Shown piece by piece: positions 1 to 12,940 of a stretch of DNA of 64,000 bases. The notes beneath the pieces are model-generated. The model was not told where the DNA came from and did no database searches. It saw nothing but the letters and a program-made list of their open reading frames with translations. A program made the translations under genes and the position numbers. This stretch comes from Proteromonas lacertae. Taxonomy: Eukaryota. Every line of letters begins with the position of its first letter. Position 1 is the first letter of the stretch. The stretch is taken from contig NGBS01000019.1 in assembly GCA_002245135.1 (NCBI GenBank), positions 1-64,000 of the forward strand, written 5' to 3'.

Positions 1-3000
1 GGAACAGCTGAATTAGAATCAAAATCTATCTATATTGATCAAAGTATGAGTTTTTCAGATATATATCGAAAATGTGATTGGTGTAATGGTAAAGAAATAA
101 AGCAATCCTATTATATTGCTGTTTATATAAGAATATCAACAAAATATGATGATTTATATGACGATTTCTACAGTCAATATTTTTATGGAATGACAGCTGC
201 AACAAACCGATTACATGGTGGAATAAATAATAATCGAATAATACCTCGAAGACCAATAATCCGAAGTTTATCTGAATTAACTAATTATATGGATCGTTAT
301 TATAATGATAGTGCAATTGTTGCCTTTTTTTGGAAGTGAATCATATCTTTTTTTAAAATATATATAATTAATATATTAGAATAATTTCTTTAATATCAAT
401 TTCAGAAATGAAGAAAGAGAAATAATGAATAAATATTTGATAAGAGGAGATAAACTATTATTTGTAGTTAATCCAGGAGAAGGTGAAGAATGTTATAAGA
501 ATATAGTGACATTAAATCGAATTCCCAACCATTACAGTGATTTATTATTAGGTTATTTTCTCAAGAAAGTGAAAATTGTGTAATAATCCATTTAGATACT
601 AATTCAAGTAGATTAATCAGTTCCAATGTAAAGAAGAGTTCAGAAATAATAAAATCCATAACCTGTGTAGAAATTGAATTAAAGAATACTAGTTATGAGA
701 GTATAAATGAAACAATAAATGAAATTCACTGTAATTACAGTAAAGTGTCAATATATACCATAATAAATGATAATATAATTGAATTTTTAGATTTAATGAA
801 AGAGAATGATATGAATCGAAAGAATTATAAAGTAATAATTCTAGATATAGTAGAAAACATAATAGATTGTAACAAAGGAGATAATAATCGATTCAATGAT
901 GTTTATTTTATTTCCAGTTATTCAAATCTTTTAGATAGTGAAATCAATAATATATTTATCAACTACATTGAATTAAAAACTGGAAAATCAAATGAAATGT
1001 GTAATGAGATAAGTTATGCAATGTTTAATTCATTATCAATTTTAAATTCAGTTATGCCATTGATAAATGATGAAAAGAGTGAATCAATACTAAAAGAGTT
1101 ATATCGAAATAAATATGATTTGCCAATAGGCTACAATTCGATTGAAAGTAATAATTTAATAGGAATAAAGATTTTCTTGAATCATTATATAAATAATGAA
1201 TATGAAATAATATTATTACCTCGAAATGGTTTTAGATTACAAAATCAATATTCAATGGTATTTCGTGAAGATGATGATGAATATAAAAACGATTTTACAG
1301 TAAGTGATGAATTAATAAAAAGTTCTAATACAAGAGTAGGAATTTGGTTAAATGAAGATGATAAAGATGATCGAATCTATTACATTCTAAAACAATATGA
1401 AATATATATAAATTCAAATGGAGGATTTAAAGGAAATTCACTTCAATTGTCAGTTCGATATTGTTTAGATAATAGTGAAAAGTTAAGTGAGATGATAAAC
1501 AATACTGATTATGAAATAATAATTAGTAATTGTAATAGAGAAATAATAGAAAGTCATAAAAGTGAAATAGAAGAACATAATGTTACTATTTTTTCAATTC
1601 GCCAAGAAGATTCAAATATATGTGATGATAAAATGTATATATATATATATATATATATTGTTTTGTTATATAATATTTAAATAGAATTCACTCATCCACA
1701 TCTCCATCTCGAAGAATCTTACCATTAATAGAATATTTATTATCTGAATCTGTAACTAAGATAATCTTGATTTATCCAATTGGTTTTGAAGAAACATCTG
1801 ATTATGAATTATTAAATAGTTCAATAAATGCATTAGGAGCGATAATCTCAAAAGAATATAAAGTAAATGAAACAGATATAGAAAATATAAAATCAAAAGT
1901 ATCATCTGCAATTTCTTCAGTAAGAAAATACTTAAATGATGGTGGTATAATATTTAATTTCTTAGAAAGTGAAACAAGTAATATAATGTATGAAAAACTA
2001 TTCAATATAATGAGTTATTTAAATCATAAAGAATATGAAAACAGTTTAGAAATCTCATCTAAATATCGAATAGTATCAAGAAAAATCGAAAATTTCAAGA
2101 AAGTTGATAAAAAATATCGAGAAGGTCATTATTGTGAGAGTTTATGTTATTTATCTGATGATAGTTTAATAAGTGAATTGAGAATGTCAACCTTTGGAAA
2201 TGATAGTGTATTATCTGAAAGTGAATCAATTGGAATAGCCACAATCGAATATATAATAAATGGTTTAAAATCTGATATAAACTCAATTAATATATTGGAA
2301 TATCTTCAATCTAATTCAATAAGTACATCTTTTGGAAAAATCTCAATCGGATCTGATAATTATGTAAATTTCCCAATGTCACTATTAACTAGTAAAGATG
2401 GTAAAATGGTAGAAAAAGTGATATTATATAAGAAATGGGATAGTGATACTTATCGTAGTAATTTTAATGAAATACTATCAAATCGAAAGAATGTGATATA
2501 AAGAATAATAATAATAATAACAATAAAAACAAAATAGTAATATCATTAGTATTATTATATCCAAGTACTGGTTCATTTGCTTATCGTGGAGTGGATTTAA
2601 TATCTAGTTATTTATCAACAATTGAATATTTAAACAAAGAAGAAAGTGGAAGTGGTTTATACTATAATCCAATAATATATGATAGTGGAGGTGATGTTGA
2701 AAGTATACGAAGATTTATTCATGAGATAAAATCTAAATATAAAACATTATTTGTCTTTGGTCTTTATGGTGATGAATTAAAAGATCAATTTTTGACTGAT
2801 TTCGAAGAAGAAGGTTTAATATTATTTTATCCAACAGATTATGATGGTGATGATTGTAATAAGAATGTATTTTATACTGGAATTCCATTTCCAACAAAAT
2901 ATCCAGTAATATCTTGGATAGATTCTCATTTAGGTAAGACAATCTATGTAGTATATTCCGAAGGTGTAAGTTATAAAGAAATGGCAAATCAAGTAAATAT

Positions 3001-6000
3001 GTGGTATAAAGAAAGAGGAATAAATGTGATAAGACTATTTCAAATTCCAATGATAAACTATAAAATGGAAGATATAGTTTCAACAATCACTAATGAGTTA
3101 AGTTCCGGTGTGATAATCTCCTTATTAGATGGTAAAGCAGCAACTGATTTTTTGATTGAAATGGATGAGAAAGGACATAAATATCCAACCTACAAGATAG
3201 TGAATTTCTTTATAAGATCAGTTGATTCTATAGCTATATCAAATCGTATAAATGGTCATTACATGTGTTTCAGTCATACAGATATAATAACTGAATTATA
3301 TAAACCTGGAGATAAACTAACAGAAATATTTCAAACCACTTTTGCTCATTATACAACCGATGCCGAATTGTTACCAAGTGCAATAATATCGATTTTACTA
3401 GTTGATAATACTCTCAAATCATTAAATCTAAAAGTAGATGAAAATAATGCAAATACTATTCCTTATAGTTTTAATGATGTATTAGACAAACTGCATGAAG
3501 GAAATAGTATAAGTTATTTCCCTAAGATTCATACTGGTGTAAATCATCATGTTAGTTATTCATTTAGTTTGTATGAAATGTCATCTGATTCTACTAATGG
3601 TTATAATACAAAATCTGTTCTTAGTATAACAAGTGAATCAACAGCAAATGAATATAACAGTCATTATTTAAGTGAAGGAATATATCAATGTGATTGGATT
3701 CGAAATAATGAAAGTGGTAAAATAAGTGAAGAATATGTATTGGTTGGTTTGTTGATTTCAATAAGTGGAAGTACAAGTGAATTAGAATATACAGCAATTG
3801 ATCCAATAGTTGGTGGAATAAAATCAATAAATGAGAATGGTGGATTAAATGGTTGTTTTGTTGATTATAAGATATTTGATACAGGAAGTAAATCTGAATT
3901 GGATGTAATAAAAGAAGCAATAAAGAATCCAAAGATAGTGACATTTATTGGTTGTTATTTGAACAAATGTAGAACAACTGTATCAAAATTCTTATTAGAA
4001 TATGATAAATTATTGTGGTATCCAACAATATTTCAAGGCCAAGAATGTTCTTATAATGTATTTTACACCGGAGCAATACCAAATCAATTTATTGATCCAA
4101 TAGTGACATATTTAGCATCAACTGTAGATGATTATTCAAAATCTCTATATTTTCTTGGTTATACTGGTGAATTTAGTGATGATATATTTAGAGTATTATC
4201 ATTTAAATTGTCAGGTAGTTATGAAGTTCAAACATATTATGTAAATGATTTATCTCAACAGAATGATGTTTCAAAAACTATTACTCAAAATTATTTAGGT
4301 GGAACTATTATTACTACACTACCCGATATAGAATTAGCATCATTTTTAGAATATTTTGATCAATATGTGATTGATGGATCTGTGTTTAGATATATATGTT
4401 TAAATGCTGATAGGTCAATAATGAAATTAACTTCTCACACTGCTTCATATGAACTATTGTTAGTTGGTTCATATTTTGATGAAATGAATCCTGATTCTAA
4501 ATTCCATAATGAAATATATGAATATACAGGAAGAACAAGTCATACAATGTATGGTGATTCAGTTTATATAGCATTACAGTTTTGGTCTAAAGCTGTGAAT
4601 GCATCTCATAGTTTTAATGAATTAGATTATATTCCACATATGTATTTATCAACAGTTGAAAGTGGAAGTGGAAAAGTAGAAATGAATAACAACCATTATA
4701 CATCATTATTTTTCTATATAGCAAGATGGAAAAGGAATAGTGAAGAGATGGAAATAGTATCTTCTCAATCTGTTACTCAAACTCCAATGGCATGGAATTG
4801 GGATATAGAAAGTACACATGGTTATATATGTAATTATAATGATAGTTCAATAGGTGAAAAGAAACAGATAAAAGCATTAGATGTTTTACTTGTAATATCT
4901 AACAGTGGTGGAAGTAGATCTTTATATACTGGTTTACAAACAATAATTAATTTAGCAATGAATGAAGTGACTGAAAAATATAAAGGAGGATTATTAAATC
5001 GAGAATTCTTTCTTACAGTGGTTGATGATGAATCAGATAATGACATCTGTGTAGATAAAGTGAAAGAAACGCTTAAAACCTTAAATCCAGATGTGATATT
5101 TACTACTTCAACTTCTGATTGTGTTAAATCATTTTTGCCTTCAATGGCTCATCTTGCTATTCCGTTATTCCGAATAAACTATGCAGGAGGAGAATTATGT
5201 GAAGAAAATGTGTTTATATCAAGTAAAGAACCAAGTGTGCTTGATCGAATAGTGGATATTTATTATGATATCAATGATGAATCTAAATGTAATTTCCATA
5301 TAATTGGAACAACTGATGCTTATAGTAAAAAGGCAGTTGAATATTTAACAAAATATTTAGAATTTAAATCTGCTACTTTGTTATTATCTAAAACAGTTGA
5401 TCCAGGTTTAACTGATTTTAATGAAATTATGAATGATATAGTTGAATCTTCTCCAAATGGTGGAACAATAATCTTTTTTGGAAGTAAAGAGAATCATCTT
5501 GGTTTATCAAAAGCATTTTCTGATAATAATGTTGATTTATCAAAGATTCATTTGATTAGTTATACAACAGGTGAAAATATGATAGGAACAAATGTGAATG
5601 AATTTTATTCTTCTCAAGCTTTCTTCAGTGCTTTAGAAACCAGTAAAAGTAAAGAATTTGTTTCAAAAGTAAAAGCATATACAAGTGATCCAATCTCTGA
5701 ATTAATGGAATCTACATATGTGATATTTAATATTTGGGCTGAAGCAGTAGAAGAAGCAGGAAGTACAAATCTAAGTATGATAAATAAATACATTTATAAT
5801 CGAGAATTTGATTCTCCTGAAGGAAAAGTGAGTTTAAAGCCAAGTAATTACTTATCTCATTTCTTATCATTTGCATTATTTAAAGACAATAAATTTACAA
5901 TTGAATATACTTCTAGTTCTGAGATAGTTCCTGTTGTTTATAAGAAGTTTGTAAATGATGGAACATATCTTTGTGATTTTGCTGATAAAACAATTGGATC

Positions 6001-9000
6001 TCATCATAAAGATCAAACAGTGACAATAGGAGTAATAAATTCTTTGACAGGAACATTCAGTGTAACTGAAAGAGCTTTATCTGATGGAATAATATTAGCA
6101 GCAAATGAAATAAATACAAATGGTGGAGTGTTGGGAAGAAAAATCTTATTAGAAGTGAGAGATCCTGAATCGAATTTAGAAAAATATGTAAGTCAATCTA
6201 AAGATTTGTGTCGATTAGATGAAGTAGTAGCTGTATTTGGTAATGGAAGATATAAGAATCTAATGAATATGTATAAGACATTTGAGCAATATAAAAAGCC
6301 TTATTTTTATCCAGGAGTAACAGCAACCGAAGTATGTAGTGGTTATACTTTTGTAAGTCAATCCACAACAAGTCAAATAGTTCGATCATTTGAAAAATAT
6401 GTTTATCCATATTATAAATCATTCATATTAGTGATGGATATAAGTAATTCATTTTCTGTAGTTCTTTGTAAAGCCACAATTCCAAGTATTGAAAGAATAA
6501 ATGGGAAGATATATGGACCATATAATTATACTGATTTAGATCCATTATACAATTTAGGAATGGAAATAATCAGTAAAAGTGCAATAATTCATGTATCTGG
6601 AGCAGATGCCGAGAATCCAATATATACTTATTACTGTTCTCATGGAATAACAGGTAAAACAGCTCATATTTATAGTGCAACATTAGATTCTCGAATAGTG
6701 TCATCACTTGATTTTAGTTGTATGGCTGGAGTATCAGTAGTAACAACATTTATTCAAGAAATGGGTGATGCAAGTTCTGATTCATTAACTTATCTAGCAG
6801 CTGCAGAGACATTTGTAACAGCAGTGAAGAATAGTTTTGGAAATAAAGTGATAATCTCAGCTGCAATGGAAGCTGCTTATACAGCTGTGAAACTATGGGC
6901 AGATGTAGTAACAAACACTTATTCCTTTGATACTGAATCTCTTCGATCTACAATATATGGTTATACATATGATAGTCCAACTGGTTTATTGGAAATGAAT
7001 ACTAATGGAATAGCCAATCGAATCATGTTTTTAGCTGAAGTGACTGAAGAAGGTAAATTTCGAATAACTGAATCTGCTTCAAAACCAGTTCAATCTGAAG
7101 CATATGATCAATTAATAGAAGGAAATGCAGGATATACATGTGATTGGACAGATAAAGGAGATTATTATTTATTAAAGAATATGAAAGTAATATTTATTCA
7201 TGAAGAGAAGAATCGAGAGAGAGAATTGATATTACAGAATTATGAATCTTATATGATTCAAGATATAAACTATAACAAACTGAATGGTTATTTTATAATT
7301 CCAGTGTTTATATATGGTAGTAATGCTGAAGAATTCCATGAGAGATTAAGTCCATATTTGAATGATTCAAGTGTAAGAACAATATTTGGTTGTCAATCAA
7401 TTGATTGTCGAAATATGATCGAAAATGAGATAAAATCTTATGATAAATTCTTCTACTATTTAGGTGTAGGTGAAGGAAATGATTGTTTGGATTCTACAAT
7501 AACAATTGGAAATACTCCATATCAGTTATTATCATTGGTAGTTGATTATTTGTTTGATCAAGGAATAAAGAAATATTTGTATATTGGTGATGATACAGAT
7601 CTGTATAATAATATATTGAATGTTTTATATAATGTAATAGGAATAAGAATTATTATAGTATTTTATTAGATTATGTGAAAAAGAAATCCAAAGGTGAAGT
7701 AAAATCTTTCACATTAACAAGTTCAAAATTTGTTGATGATGATGGTAAAGAAATAATAAGAAGAGTGAAGAATTTTGAAGATGAAGAAGATAATAGAATA
7801 GCATGTATATCTTTATATGTTTCTATATTTATTGAATAGTATTAAATGGTCTTGATTATAGTAACAGTTTATTGTTATTGAATTATTTATCTGATAGTAA
7901 TAGTTTAACAACTTCAATGAAATTGGTGATATTGAAATATTCTTCTTATGAATATAGTGAAGAATTATTATCAAAATTTGAAAGATCTCTAGTAGTATCT
8001 AGTTTTACTTCTACTTTATCATCTTCAACAGCTGAATCCTTCATATCTGATACTAAATCAAATATAGGAGTGAATGTAGAAATATCTGAAGAGTTAGAAA
8101 ATACTGATATAGCTATATCAATATGGAAGAATGCAATGATTCAAGCAGCTAGTGATAGTGGAAAAGACATTCCACCATTAGATTATCTTGAAGTATGTAC
8201 AATTGGAACAAGGATAGAAACAGCTTCTGGTTCAATAAAAGTCGAGAATTCAGGTTATGTAACAAAGAATGTGTATATATTTGAGATAAATCAGAAAGGT
8301 CAATTAAATCAAATCTATCCATATCGAGGTAGTGAAGCAATAGCAATCGAAGCTAATCCATTTACTGATGCAAACATGAAATGTAATTTTGGTAAAAGAG
8401 AAGTGGCATTTGAATATAGTAGTGGAATATTAGCTGTGTTTTATGTTTTAATGGGTTTAGCTTCATTACTTTCATTAATCTCTTTTATCTTCACAGTTAT
8501 TCATCGAAATCAAAAGATAATTCGTGCATTTGGAAGACCATACAATTTCCTATTATCAATCTTATTGTTATGTACTTCATTGTCAGGAATACCAATGGCA
8601 ATAGCTCCAAGTGAAGATAATGATATTTGTATGTTAAGACCATTGTTATTAGGATTATGTGTAAAATTGTTATTAGCAGTATTATTAGCAAAAGAAACGA
8701 AAATCTTCTTTAAAATTGGAGTTAAGAGATTAAAGATAAGTAAAGTATAGTTTTAATATATTTAATTATAATAGACTTCAATCACTGACAATGAGATTAT
8801 TCTCTTTTATAGTTCCATTTGGACTTTTAGGAGTAGGACTTCATTTATTGTGGAGATATGTTGAACCAAATGAGTATAATAAATATATATAATGAATGTA
8901 AATATAAATGAATAGATATGTTGCTGTATCAAGTACAAAATATAGTTCATATTTTGAGAATGGTTATATTCGTGAATGTTCTTATTCTGTGACATTTACA

Positions 9001-9536
9001 GTAATTGAAATAGTGATTGATGGGTTGATGTTGTTGTTTTTCTTATATACAAGTTGGAGAACTAAAGATGTAGCTAATGAACACAATGATTCTTTAGGAT
9101 TGTTTTTATCAGCTTGTGTTTTAAATATCTTTTTTTTCTTTTTAATTGTAATATTTAAAAGATGATTAGAAATTCTTAATAGAATTTATCTGTGTTAGGA
9201 GGAGTAATGACATTAATAGATTTTAGTATATCCAGTGAACCTGATTCTGTGTTATTAACAAGAGGAATGGGAATACAAATATCAATAATACTGGTGAGTG
9301 TATTCCAGTTTGGTATAAAACAAGTATTGATATTTGTTGATGAAGATGCAAAGAAAATCACATCTTCTGGAAGTTCTGCTGTTCAATCAAAAGGTGGATC
9401 AATATCAGCATCATTATCTACAACAAGTAAGATATCTCAATCTAATTCTGTATTTAAATCAAGTCAAATGAGTACATTAACTCATACAAAGCAAATGACA
9501 ATGAGTAAATTAGCAACAACAAAAGACTACCAATAA
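1..9536 (+). CDS. Giant class C (family 3)-like 7TM receptor with >=7 tandem UrtA/AmiC-like periplasmic-binding (Venus flytrap) domains; 5' end outside window; multi-exon, with apparent frameshift(s)
   Basis: Repeated ~380-aa units carry UrtA-like motifs: VTIGVINSLTGTFSVTERALSDGIILAANEINTNGGVLGRKI, LLWYPTIFQGQECSYNVFYTGAIPNQ and a terminal Y-x-C-D-W. Seven hydrophobic segments follow at ~8420-9340, with class C-like HRNQKIIRA, ICMLRPLLLGL..LLAK and WRTKDVANEHNDS. Introns read at 1635-1684, 7603-7640, 7805-7839 and 8745-8774; stop at 9534-9536. Confidence 0.85.
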
Positions 9537-9655
9537 GAAGGATAATAGTTTGAATTACATTTTGTAAATACATTATTATAATATTATATATGATACATAT
9601 AACTATATTTTGAATATTTTGTTTGTGAAACGAATATATTTTAGTTAACAATGAA

Positions 9656-11683
9656 ATGTTGAAATTAACAAGGTTAATTGTATTTCCAAATAATATAAAA
9701 TGCATTATACCATATAATAATCTTTTATCAAAAAATTACTTCTCAAATAAACCTCATCGTGGTGATGATAGTATTAAATCGAAATATTATTCCATAGATA
9801 TACCTCACATAATTCCAGTTACTAATATAGATACTGGTCAAACAGTATTTGAATTGGAAAGTGACTCTTCTGGTGAAAATACTGATGAAGAAATAATAGG
9901 AGAACCAAAAGATGGTGAATGGTATGATGTTGATATTAGTGATGATAATGAATTTAAAAAAGATAAAAATAATGCTGATGCTAAAAAAGATTTAGTTAAA
10001 GAAGCTCATATATATTTTGAAAATTTTATCAATACTCACATGACAAATAGTCAACGTGATGCAATATATGATGAAACACTAGATCCTAGATATGACTTGA
10101 AAGATGTTGATATAGAAAAGTTATCACCAAAAGAAATAAAACAGATTAAAAGAGAAAAAGAGAAGAAAAGAAGAATTAAAGAGGAAGAAATAATGAAAAA
10201 AATCGAAAAAGAAAAAGAAATGTCAATATCACAATATCAACAGTATATGAAACTACAAGCAGAAGGAAAAGTACAATCTTTAGAACAAATTTCAAATTAT
10301 GTGAAAAAATTAAACGATTATGTTGAAGTGGGAGATGATGGAGCTATTCAAGGAAAAGAATCTTTGAAAAATATAACACCCAAAGAGCTAGCTAAAAAAG
10401 TTGGTCTTCCTGAAGAATTATTCTTAAATCCAAGTGATTTAAAAGGAATAATGGACGATAAGAATTTTGAGAAAAGATTTGAAGAGAAGAGTATAAAAAG
10501 AAAGTTGAAAGAAATGAGAGAGATAAGAATACAACAAAAGGAGAAATTAAAATCAATGTGGAATCCAAAGAAATATTATCAAGGTAAATTCAGAAGACCA
10601 ATTAATAGGAAGTTAATGAAAGAAGTAAGTGACAGAGTGATTGATGCAAAAATACCATTACATCCAATGCCAAAAGATGATAATATTTCTATAATTAAAT
10701 CAGTTAAAAAAGAAGAAGAAGAAGAGGAGCAAAATGAAAATGAAAATATAATAAATGAGAATAATTATGAGAAGTATTTTGAAGAGAATATATTAAGTGA
10801 TATTGAAGATGGAAAGAAGAATAAAAAGAAAAGGAAGAAAGTATTAAAGAGAAAATTAAAGAAGAAAGAGAAAGAGAAAGAAGCAAAGAAAGAGGAAATA
10901 GAAAAACATAGCAAAATACAAAAACTACCTAAAAATATAGATGAAGTATTATTACACAATAATAGTACAAATAATAATCATCATGAAAATGGAGAAGAAT
11001 ATGATACAACAATAGTTATTAGAGATTTATTAGATCCAAATATTGATATATTACCACATCATCAAGATTATCAGTATCCTTTATCAGTTAGTAGTTATAA
11101 ATTGAAGTTATTAAGAAGGATAGACTTTATTATGAATAACAAAAGTTTTTATAGAAAAGGATTAAAGTTTAGAAATTATCCAATCCATTTTACTCAAGTT
11201 TTATCAAATACAACTGGTAGTGAAATGTGTTTATTTTGGGATTATCATGAAAAAGAGTATGAAGAGATAAAGAATGATGAAAACTACATTTTATATCAAA
11301 AATATCTTGATAAAACAATTCAGGACTTTGTTAAACCAGATTCAATAGATATTTATTTGAATTCTATTCATCCTTTAATGATATCAGAAGATATAAAGAT
11401 TCAGTCATGTTTGGAACTTAATAGAGAGTGTATAAAAGAAGAATTAATCAAACATTATCATATAATGAAAAATAATTTCCCAATTTTGTATTTTTCAAAA
11501 GATTATCACAATTTTTCTTACAATTATATTCAGTTCATTAGTACTCAAATATGTGGGAAGTTGATGAATATAAAATTGGGAAAAGATATTGATAATGTGA
11601 AAAGACAGAAAGATTATATACTGAAATACAAATGGTTTGGTAATGAAACAGAATCACAAAAGTATCTCAATCTTTTAAAGTAA
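9656..11683 (+). CDS. Hypothetical 675-aa K/E-rich protein, probably organelle (mitochondrion/MRO) targeted; possible C-terminal RbfA-like domain
   Basis: Single long ORF with a basic, acid-free N-terminus (MLKLTRLIVFPNNIK...). C-terminal IHFTQVLSNTTGSEMCLFWD ... FPILYFSKD weakly resembles ribosome-binding factor A. Confidence 0.6.
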   Translation: MLKLTRLIVFPNNIKCIIPYNNLLSKNYFSNKPHRGDDSIKSKYYSIDIPHIIPVTNIDTGQTVFELESDSSGENTDEEIIGEPKDGEWYDVDISDDNEFKKDKNNADAKKDLVKEAHIYFENFINTHMTNSQRDAIYDETLDPRYDLKDVDIEKLSPKEIKQIKREKEKKRRIKEEEIMKKIEKEKEMSISQYQQYMKLQAEGKVQSLEQISNYVKKLNDYVEVGDDGAIQGKESLKNITPKELAKKVGLPEELFLNPSDLKGIMDDKNFEKRFEEKSIKRKLKEMREIRIQQKEKLKSMWNPKKYYQGKFRRPINRKLMKEVSDRVIDAKIPLHPMPKDDNISIIKSVKKEEEEEEQNENENIINENNYEKYFEENILSDIEDGKKNKKKRKKVLKRKLKKKEKEKEAKKEEIEKHSKIQKLPKNIDEVLLHNNSTNNNHHENGEEYDTTIVIRDLLDPNIDILPHHQDYQYPLSVSSYKLKLLRRIDFIMNNKSFYRKGLKFRNYPIHFTQVLSNTTGSEMCLFWDYHEKEYEEIKNDENYILYQKYLDKTIQDFVKPDSIDIYLNSIHPLMISEDIKIQSCLELNRECIKEELIKHYHIMKNNFPILYFSKDYHNFSYNYIQFISTQICGKLMNIKLGKDIDNVKRQKDYILKYKWFGNETESQKYLNLLK

Positions 11684-11731
11684 ATAAAATTAAGAATTTC
11701 GTTTATGTACCATTTTTCCTTTGGTAATTAC

Positions 11732-11739
11732 AACAAACA
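11732..11739 (-). promoter_or_regulatory. TGTTTGTT candidate polyadenylation-associated motif downstream of NACA
   Basis: Exact match to the Blastocystis-type downstream motif, about 47 nt past the stop codon; variants follow other genes. Confidence 0.5.
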
Positions 11740-11785
11740 ACAATCAATGTGAAGCAATCAATTTATTTCTTTATAATTTGTTTAT

Positions 11786-12400
11786 TTACTTATTCTCTAA
11801 AGACATAATAGCAGATACTATATCCATATTATTGTCTCTTAAAGCTTTAATAGCCTTAGCTCTGCTACAACCACTCTATTAAAGAATTAGATAAATTAAG
11901 AATACATTTTGAATAATTAAATCAATATCCTTTTGATCAATACCTGTATCATCTGGTGTTTCTCCTTCATCTTCTGGAGCTTCTGGAATTGTTGCTGGGA
12001 CTGATGGTTCTGTTACTTTTTCAATTTCACGATGTTCACCTGCTTGTTGCATATCATCAATCTTAATTTCACCAAATACTACATATGTATCAGATGTTGG
12101 ACTTTTGTAACAATCAGCATGATGGATTGTAAATCGCTATATAATTAAAACTTCCGATACTATACGTTTCTGCCTCTTTTTACTGTAACGCTGATAACAT
12201 CTGGGAATGGTTTTAAACCCATCTTTTGCATAGCTTTCTTCATTTTCTTTTCACTTCTATTAGCATGTTGTTCCTAATTACACTTAGATCTCTAATTATA
12301 CTTCTCCAGCAGCTTCTTCAGCGGCATTAGTTGGTTCAGTTGTTGTTGTCTCTTCTGGTTTGGTTTCTGGGGTTGGTTCAGTAACTGGTTCGACAGTCAT
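11786..12400 (-). CDS. NACA: Nascent polypeptide-associated complex alpha subunit (spliced, not in ORF track)
   Basis: Manual translation gives NRSEKKMRKAMQKMGLKP, YKSPTSDTYVVFGEIKIDD and the UBA-like DIDLIIQN/SGCSRAKAIKALRDNKYDIVSAIMSL; three short introns. Confidence 0.93.
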
Positions 12401-12505
12401 GTTAGTTAAATGAATGCTTCACTATAATTGGTTAATTTATATTTCAAATAAAAGCTTGATTTTATATTTCAATTCTTTTTTGAAAAAACATGTCATCTCC
12501 TTCAA

Positions 12506-12808
12506 ATGTCAATATTACAAATCCAAGAATTCAAAGAAACTGCAAAAAACACTCTTCCTTTGGATTTAGCTATAATTCAAGCTCAATGTATTAATGATCT
12601 ACTTCATGAGTATAATTTAATATTAATAATGATTCTTCTTAGTATATCTATCGTTTGTTTTGAAAAATGCGCTCGTAAATTATCAGAAGCTTCATTAGGT
12701 CCAGGAGAGTTTACTTGTGTAGATAGATGTACAACTCAATATTATAACGCTCATCTTAAACTTGTGCAGGATCTACAAAATGTAAATGGTGATAGAAATA
12801 GTAATTAA
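12506..12808 (+). CDS. TIM10: Small Tim chaperone (Tim10-like), twin CX3C
   Basis: CFEKC ... SEASLGPGEFTCVDRC; 33-nt in-frame intron at 12610-12642. Confidence 0.8.
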   Translation: MSILQIQEFKETAKNTLPLDLAIIQAQCINDLLHEYNLILIMILLSISIVCFEKCARKLSEASLGPGEFTCVDRCTTQYYNAHLKLVQDLQNVNGDRNSN

Positions 12809-12850
12809 CTCTTTTTTTCTTCAGTATTTATTCCTTAGTCGTTTAAAATG

Positions 12851-12881
<31 letters not shown>

Positions 12882-12940
12882 TACCCTTTAACAGCAAAAA
12901 CATCAATTTTAGAAAAAACAAACCAAAATAAACAAATCTA

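Noticed and set aside
2591..7669. Bacterial urea ABC transporter operon or contaminant contig
   Set aside because: The UrtA-like units are fused in one reading frame, interrupted by spliceosomal introns and joined to a eukaryotic 7TM domain. No permease or ATPase genes are adjacent.
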